Assembly (NCBI GenBank): GCA_903872425.1
Contig: CAIQKQ010000043.1
Location: forward strand, 2,071-66,070
Direction: 5' to 3'
Length of the DNA: 64,000 nucleotides
Source: an uncultured Opitutia bacterium
GTDB lineage: Bacteria; Verrucomicrobiota; Verrucomicrobiia; Opitutales; Opitutaceae
Positions 58,882-64,000 of the stretch are shown here, piece after piece. The position numbers and the translations under genes were made by a program. How positions within the stretch are numbered: the stretch's first letter is position 1; every line of letters begins with the position of its first letter. A model generated the notes under the pieces. That model saw nothing but the letters and a program-made list of their open reading frames with translations, did no database searches and was not told the DNA's origin.

Positions 58882-59148
58882 GACTTTCAGACGAGACGAA
58901 GGAGATATCCTCATCGTTTGTCAAGCCCGTTGCCGATCGGCGGACGGCGGAAACTTGAGGTGAGGGCTGCTGGTTCACCACGTAGGTCGCGAGCTGGCCC
59001 GCACCTGAAAACGTGATCGCCTGGCGGCAGATGGCCTGAAGCAGAAGACCCTGGGGCCAATCTTTACACGGGCTTAACACTTTATCACACAGCGCTCACA
59101 CCCCGCTTACAAGGCGCTCGTCTCTCTAGGTATCAATCCAACGACACC

Positions 59149-59403
59149 ATGATCTCCGCCAAATCGTTCTTCAGTCTCCTCTTCCTCAGCGCCTGGGTCC
59201 TCACGCTCGCCACCATTGCTCTCGCCTCCGACGTCTCGCCCGTTGCGGCCAATGCGACCGCCGCCCGCCACCACACGGGCCCGCGATTCGTGGCCGCAGT
59301 ACCATATATCGCCCGACTAAATCAGGGCCTGCCTCTTGCGCACCACGCACCGGCGTTTGCGCCTACAGTTGGCCTGCGCTTTCCACCGGGGGCCCAAACC
59401 TAA
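59149..59403 (+). CDS. small secreted hypothetical protein
   Basis: 84 aa with a plausible signal peptide MISAKSFFSLLFLSAWVLTLATIALA. No family recognised. Confidence 0.45.
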   Translation: MISAKSFFSLLFLSAWVLTLATIALASDVSPVAANATAARHHTGPRFVAAVPYIARLNQGLPLAHHAPAFAPTVGLRFPPGAQT

Positions 59404-59550
59404 ATAATTTGCGGAGGGAACCCGCATAAACTGGAGCGCGTGCGTGACACGCGTCCTGACATGGCAGCCGGCGGCTGGGGAGTCGCCGGCTGTTTCACTT
59501 TACAAGCTCGGGTACAGTGGCCAACCAGACCCGCAGAAGCGGCGGCCAGC

Positions 59551-59961
59551 TCAGTCGTTTTGGTCGCCGGCCGCGTCCGTCCTTCCGTCGCGGTTCGCCG
59601 GCAAATGGTGGGGGAAGAAAAAATAGTAGTTGGCCAGCCCCCAGCAACGGGAGGAGCGGTAGAGCAGTAACGGCACCCCCACCGCGCCGCCGCCCGCGAG
59701 CACGGCCGCCGCGGTCCCCGATAGCACCTCGAAGTGCCACAGCAACGCCACTGGCGAAAGGAAGCCCACCAGCGTCACGCCGTAGTTGAGTGACATCGCC
59801 GCGAGAAAACCGCCCTCGTCGCGCTCGACCTTGAGGCCGCAGCCCGGACACTCCCGCCGCAGCGCAAAGAGCTTGCCCGGCTCGAACAGCTCCCGCCCGC
59901 CGCAATTAGGGCAACGGTGCATGAGGCCGCGCCGGAGAATCTCGCCACGTGTGACTTGCAT
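59551..59961 (-). CDS. DUF983 domain membrane protein (zinc-ribbon plus 2 TM)
   Basis: 136 aa from MQVTRGEILRRGLMHRCPNCGGRELF...CPGCGL...ERDEGGFLAAMSLNY, the typical DUF983 pattern. The upstream 145 codons were rejected. Confidence 0.8.
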   Translation of the reverse strand: MQVTRGEILRRGLMHRCPNCGGRELFEPGKLFALRRECPGCGLKVERDEGGFLAAMSLNYGVTLVGFLSPVALLWHFEVLSGTAAAVLAGGGAVGVPLLLYRSSRCWGLANYYFFFPHHLPANRDGRTDAAGDQND

Positions 59962-60376
59962 GAGACCGCCAGCTAACCACACCCACCGGCGGGAGGGAAG
60001 CGTGTTTCTAGGCGAACCGTGCCTAGTTTGGAGGGAAATTTTGCCGTAAATTAGAATCGAAAACATCGGCCTTGTCGATATCGTCAGATTCTCCCCGCCT
60101 ATTCCTACTCTTGTGTGGCACTTTTTCGTCCGCGTCCGGTCGCACCCCCTTCCGTTCCGCCTCCCTTTCGCCCCGCCCCATCCTGCAGTCGCCGCACCGC
60201 TGTTCCACCCCGGGTCATGCGCTTGATCTAAAAATACTGTCTCCCCTCTTGATCCCTCGCATCCGTTGTCACCCATCACGCTCAGACCACGTCTCGTACC
60301 CTGCCGACTGCCCTGATTTATCCCGCACCCCCGCCGCCCGTCGGACAAGCTACTTGTCCGGCTGCGGCTACCTTCC

Positions 60377-61651
60377 ATGACACGCTCTCGTCGCATCTTT
60401 CATACTGCCGGAATTTTCGCCGGCCTCCTTGGCGGTCTATGGTTTGCGTCCGCCGTCCACGCGCAGGACGGCATCACCAACCCCGAACTCGTCGCGCGCT
60501 ACGAACAAATTTTGGAACGCGCACCCCAGACCGGGCCATCGTTCGACCGGCTCATGCAGCTCTTCGGCCGCGGTGAGGGCCTCGACAAGCTTGACGAGCG
60601 CTGGGCGAAACTTTCCGCCGAACCAGGCGACAAAGGTGCGACCTATCTCGTGCTGCGCGGCCTCCTCGCCGACCAACTCGGCCGCAGCGACGACGCACGC
60701 CAGCACCTCACAGCCGCCACGACCGCACGGCCGGACGACTTCCGCGGCTGGCTCGCGCTCGGCGACGCTGCCGCGCATGCCGGCAAATGGGCCGACGGCA
60801 TCACCGCGTACCAAAAAGGACTCGCCACCCGAGTCGCCGGCGAGGATCGCCTCACGCTTTTCCGCAAGCTGGGCCAGGCGCAACAGAGCAACCTCGACGC
60901 TACCGGCGCGCTTGCCACTTGGCGTAAGATGGCCGCCGAGTTTCCCGACGACCGCTTCGCCGTCGAGGAGGCCGCCGGCGCGCTGCTTGACGCCGAGCAG
61001 TTCGAAGAGGCGCGCGGCACGTTCCAAAAACTCGTGGATCTCGCTGAGCCGAACAGCATGGCGCATGTGCAGGCGCTGATGCGCCTCGCCGACGTGGATG
61101 CCCGCCAAGGCCGCACCGATGCCGCCGTGAAGGGTTACGAAGCCATCCTCCCGCAGACCGCCGAGGGCAGCTGGCTCAACCGCCAGCTCCGCGTGCAAAT
61201 CGAGCAGCTCTTCCGCCGCGACAACGACGTGCCGGGCCTCATCGCCTACTACCGCCGCTGGACTCAAGCCAACCCGAAGGATGTGGGCGCGCTTCTCCTG
61301 CTCAGCGGTGCGCTGAACGAGCTCGACCGTGGCCCCGAGGCGCTCGATACGCTCCGCGCGGCCGCCACCCTCGCACCCGACCGTTTCGAAGTGCGCGAAA
61401 ATCTCGCCCGCCGCCTCAGTGAGACGAAGCAGTTTGATGAGGCTATTAAAGTCTTCACCGCGCTCACCGTGGACGACCCGACCGAGGACCGCTACTGGGA
61501 GGAGCTCGGCGAGGCAAATTGGCAAAAAACGCAGCCGCCCACCGCCGAAAGCAAGGCCGCGGCGCTCACTGCGTGGCGGCACCCTGCGCCGCCGACGGCT
61601 CGCGCCGCCCGCCGTTGGCCGGAGAACGCGGGCCGACCGCCCGCGCGGTGA
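60377..61651 (+). CDS. secreted tetratricopeptide-repeat protein, possibly truncated at the 3' end
   Basis: Signal peptide (GGLWFASAVHAQ) and repeated TPR-like helical pairs. The last ~28 aa (RHPAPPTARAARRWPENAGRPPAR) are compositionally unlike the rest. Confidence 0.72.
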   Translation: MTRSRRIFHTAGIFAGLLGGLWFASAVHAQDGITNPELVARYEQILERAPQTGPSFDRLMQLFGRGEGLDKLDERWAKLSAEPGDKGATYLVLRGLLADQLGRSDDARQHLTAATTARPDDFRGWLALGDAAAHAGKWADGITAYQKGLATRVAGEDRLTLFRKLGQAQQSNLDATGALATWRKMAAEFPDDRFAVEEAAGALLDAEQFEEARGTFQKLVDLAEPNSMAHVQALMRLADVDARQGRTDAAVKGYEAILPQTAEGSWLNRQLRVQIEQLFRRDNDVPGLIAYYRRWTQANPKDVGALLLLSGALNELDRGPEALDTLRAAATLAPDRFEVRENLARRLSETKQFDEAIKVFTALTVDDPTEDRYWEELGEANWQKTQPPTAESKAAALTAWRHPAPPTARAARRWPENAGRPPAR

Positions 61652-61884
61652 GGCTGAGCCAACCACGCCCAATGCCAATCGGCGAACCGCACCAGATCAT
61701 TTCTGGTGGGTCGAAGACCACCGATCTGGTTAGGCGAGGGCAGGGTAGGTAAAGAATTCTACCCGGTCTCACTCGGCGGAGGCCGTTTCGTTTTCCGCAC
61801 TGGGTCGAGCCGGACATAGGATATTTCGCCCGATTAGCGTGTCCATCCGCGCTATCCATGGTAGTTATTGTCCGCCTAACCAAG

Positions 61885-62529
61885 ATGCTACGCCTGCTTA
61901 CACCCGAGATTCTCGATACGCTGCCGCCGAATGATCCGGCGGCGCGGGGATCGCGGCGCGATTTGCGGGTGTTCAACGCTGTGCTCGGCAATGACCGCTG
62001 GTTCGGGCGCGTGCTGCCGCCCCTCGTGCGACCGGGCGCGCGGGTATTAGAAATCGGTGCGGGCGAAGGCGAGCTGGGGGCGCGGCTCAGGCGCGCTGGC
62101 ATCGCGGCCGACGGGCTGGATCGCGCGCCGCGTCCGACGGTTTGGCCGACGGCAGCGCGCTGGCATCAGACTGACGCGCTCGCATTCGACGGTTGGGGTG
62201 ACTACGAGGTCGTCATCGGTAATTTGATACTCCATCACTTCGACGCAGTTGGATTGCGCGCACTCGGAGAAAAAATGTCGGCACACACGCGCGTGATCGT
62301 TGCCAGCGAGTTGGTGCGACGGCGGATTTTTCAACGGCTGTTCGCCGCGCTTTGTGTGCTCGTCCGCGCCAACGCCGTGAGCCGGCACGACGGCCGCGTG
62401 AGCATCGCCGCAGGGTTTCGTCGCGACGAACTGCCGGAGCAGCTCGGACTGGACCCGGCCGTATGGCGCTGGCGCGTGACGACAAACTGGACCGGCGCGT
62501 ATCGCCTCATCGCCGAAAGGCGCGCATGA
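61885..62529 (+). CDS. class I SAM-dependent methyltransferase
   Basis: SAM-binding motif I VLEIGAGEGELG. About 214 aa. Start taken at MLRLLTPEIL. Confidence 0.72.
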   Translation: MLRLLTPEILDTLPPNDPAARGSRRDLRVFNAVLGNDRWFGRVLPPLVRPGARVLEIGAGEGELGARLRRAGIAADGLDRAPRPTVWPTAARWHQTDALAFDGWGDYEVVIGNLILHHFDAVGLRALGEKMSAHTRVIVASELVRRRIFQRLFAALCVLVRANAVSRHDGRVSIAAGFRRDELPEQLGLDPAVWRWRVTTNWTGAYRLIAERRA

Positions 62530-62617
62530 TGACCTCTCTCATGCATGCAGTTGGGCGCAGGTTGCCCGCCCGTCTCGGGTGCGGCGAGACCCAGGCGCTC
62601 CTGAGCAACCGACGCGC

Positions 62618-63643
62618 ATGACCACGTTGCGGGAAATTGAAATCGTCGGCGGCGGGCTGGCCGGCCTTGCGCTCGGGCTAGGGCTGCGGCGGGCGGGCGT
62701 GCCAGCGACGGTATACGAGGCGGGTCAGTATCCGCGGCACCGCGTGTGCGGCGAGTTCATCGCGGGGCTGGACGAGGCGACAGTCACACCCCTTGGCCTC
62801 GCGCCGGCGCTGGCCGATGCGGCACGGCTGCGCGAGGTCACTTGGTATTTTTCTAACGGGGCGACGCAACGGCAACATTTGCCCGCGCCGGCGCTCGCGC
62901 TGAGTCGATATGCGCTGGACGCGCGGCTGGTCGACGCGTTCACGGCAGCCGGCGGCCGACTCGTGACTGGCACACGGGTGGACCCCGACGACGCACGCGA
63001 GGGTCGCGTGTGGACGGTCGGCCGGCGGCGCGCCGTAGCCGCGCCGTGGCTCGGCCTTAAGCTGCACGCACGCGGGTTGCGGCTCACAGGCGAATTGGAG
63101 CTTCACCTCGGCGACGGCGGTTACATCGGCCTGTGCCCGGTCGAAGATGGGCGCGTCAACGTTTGCGGTCTTTTCCGCCAGCGCCCCGACGTGACGGGCC
63201 AACGCGGAACCATATTGCTCGCCTACCTACGCGCAGTCGGCCTCGGCGCACTCGCGGGGCGGCTGGCGGCGGTGGAGATTTGCGACGAGTCGTGTTCGGC
63301 CGTCGCCGGCGTGGGTTTCGGGCGCGGCCCCAGCGACGGCCAGTTGCGTCTCGGCGATGCGTGGGCCATGATCCCGCCGTTCACGGGTAACGGTATGGCG
63401 ATGGCCTTCCAAGGTGCGGCGCACGCGCTCGGGCCGCTGGTCGCGTGGGCGCACGGCGAGACGACGTGGGCCGATACCGTGCGCACGGCCGATGCGGCGT
63501 TACGGAAAATTTTTACGCGGCGGCTCGCTGTGGCCAGCGCGCTGCACCCCTTTTTGTTTTCGTCCAAACATCAACGCTGGCTGGCGGCGGCGGCGCGGGC
63601 GCGTATCCTGCCTATGCGCGCGCTCTACCATTTGCTGCACTGA
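62618..63643 (+). CDS. FAD/NAD(P)-binding oxidoreductase (flavoprotein monooxygenase/reductase-like)
   Basis: Dinucleotide fingerprint IEIVGGGLAGLALGLGLRRAG at the N-terminus. About 341 aa. Confidence 0.8.
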   Translation: MTTLREIEIVGGGLAGLALGLGLRRAGVPATVYEAGQYPRHRVCGEFIAGLDEATVTPLGLAPALADAARLREVTWYFSNGATQRQHLPAPALALSRYALDARLVDAFTAAGGRLVTGTRVDPDDAREGRVWTVGRRRAVAAPWLGLKLHARGLRLTGELELHLGDGGYIGLCPVEDGRVNVCGLFRQRPDVTGQRGTILLAYLRAVGLGALAGRLAAVEICDESCSAVAGVGFGRGPSDGQLRLGDAWAMIPPFTGNGMAMAFQGAAHALGPLVAWAHGETTWADTVRTADAALRKIFTRRLAVASALHPFLFSSKHQRWLAAAARARILPMRALYHLLH

Positions 63644-63654
63644 AAAATTCCGCC

Positions 63655-64000
63655 ATGTATCTCCACGCTCTCGCCACGGCGGTGCCGCCGGCCACTTTCA
63701 CGCCAGTGCAGTGCTGGGACCTTATCCAGCGCTCGCCGGCGCACGCGCGCCTGGGTCGCCGCGCACGGCTCACGCTCAGCACCATCCTGCACGGTGACAG
63801 CGGTGTGGCCGCGCGGCAGTTCGCCGTGCCGGACATCGAGAACCTATTCACCCTCACTGGCGACCAGCTCAATGCCGCTTTTCGCGCTGAGGCTCCGCGC
63901 CTCGCCGGTCGCGCGCTTACCGCCGCACTGGCACGCGCGGGCCTCGTGGCGGCCGAGGTAGACGCGCTGCTCGTCTGCACCTGCACCGGCTACCTCTGTC
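63655..64000 (+). CDS. type III polyketide synthase (chalcone-synthase-like), N-terminal 115 codons; continues beyond the window end
   Basis: My own translation: MYLHALATAVPPATFTPVQCWDLIQ...APRLAGRALTAALARAGLVAAEVDALLVCTCTGYLC, ending at the conserved active-site cysteine region. Starts 12 bp after the oxidoreductase stop. Confidence 0.82.
   Translation, partial: MYLHALATAVPPATFTPVQCWDLIQRSPAHARLGRRARLTLSTILHGDSGVAARQFAVPDIENLFTLTGDQLNAAFRAEAPRLAGRALTAALARAGLVAAEVDALLVCTCTGYLC

Noticed and set aside
60437-61678. 413-aa minus-strand ORF
   Set aside because: Antisense to the TPR gene along its whole length, with a low-complexity Arg/Gly/Ala-rich translation and no motifs.
1-64000. Search for CRISPR arrays, rRNA/tRNA genes, transposases, integrases, and phage or defence-system genes
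   Set aside because: No regularly spaced repeats, no T-arm/anticodon-arm structures, and no recombinase, transposase or nuclease-helicase-type ORFs were recognised by eye. Small ncRNAs cannot be excluded without covariance-model searches.

Overview
High-GC, densely coding bacterial chromosomal segment made up mostly of housekeeping genes. Gene content (LL-DAP aminotransferase DapL, a short ParE/ParC-type topoisomerase pair, AATCCGC-type heptamer repeats) suggests a PVC/Verrucomicrobiota-like organism, but this is inference only. I annotate about 55 protein genes: mnmE (partial), TerC, a MacAB-like HlyD/FtsX/ABC exporter, glnD, valS, yhbY-rsuA, sufT, sppA, nadB-panC, dapL, an rsmB-like methyltransferase, dnaE, rpsU, mutY, ppnP, a TonB-dependent receptor, kdsB, HPr, parE/parC-like, engB, argB-argD with divergent argJ, and at the right edge a methyltransferase / flavoprotein / type III PKS operon cut by the window end. 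I recognised no rRNA, tRNA, CRISPR array, transposase or integrase. I did not find a convincing large novel multi-gene system. The items most worth a second look are: (1) an AT-richer islet (SRPBCC gene plus small lipoprotein) next to a duplicated 109-bp 3' end of the neighbouring isomerase gene; (2) a 1-nt frameshift in a C5 homopolymer that splits the essential dnaE gene, plus an in-frame AT-rich tandem repeat in its linker; (3) a deletion scar joining an NRDE-family N-terminus to an ATP-grasp C-terminus; (4) the type III PKS locus; (5) a 39-codon ORF followed by a near-perfect intrinsic terminator; and (6) several unusually long, AT-richer or strand-biased non-coding stretches. Start codons were chosen by eye from the ORF translations and are provisional. 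Many long antisense ORFs in the track are typical high-GC artefacts and were rejected.
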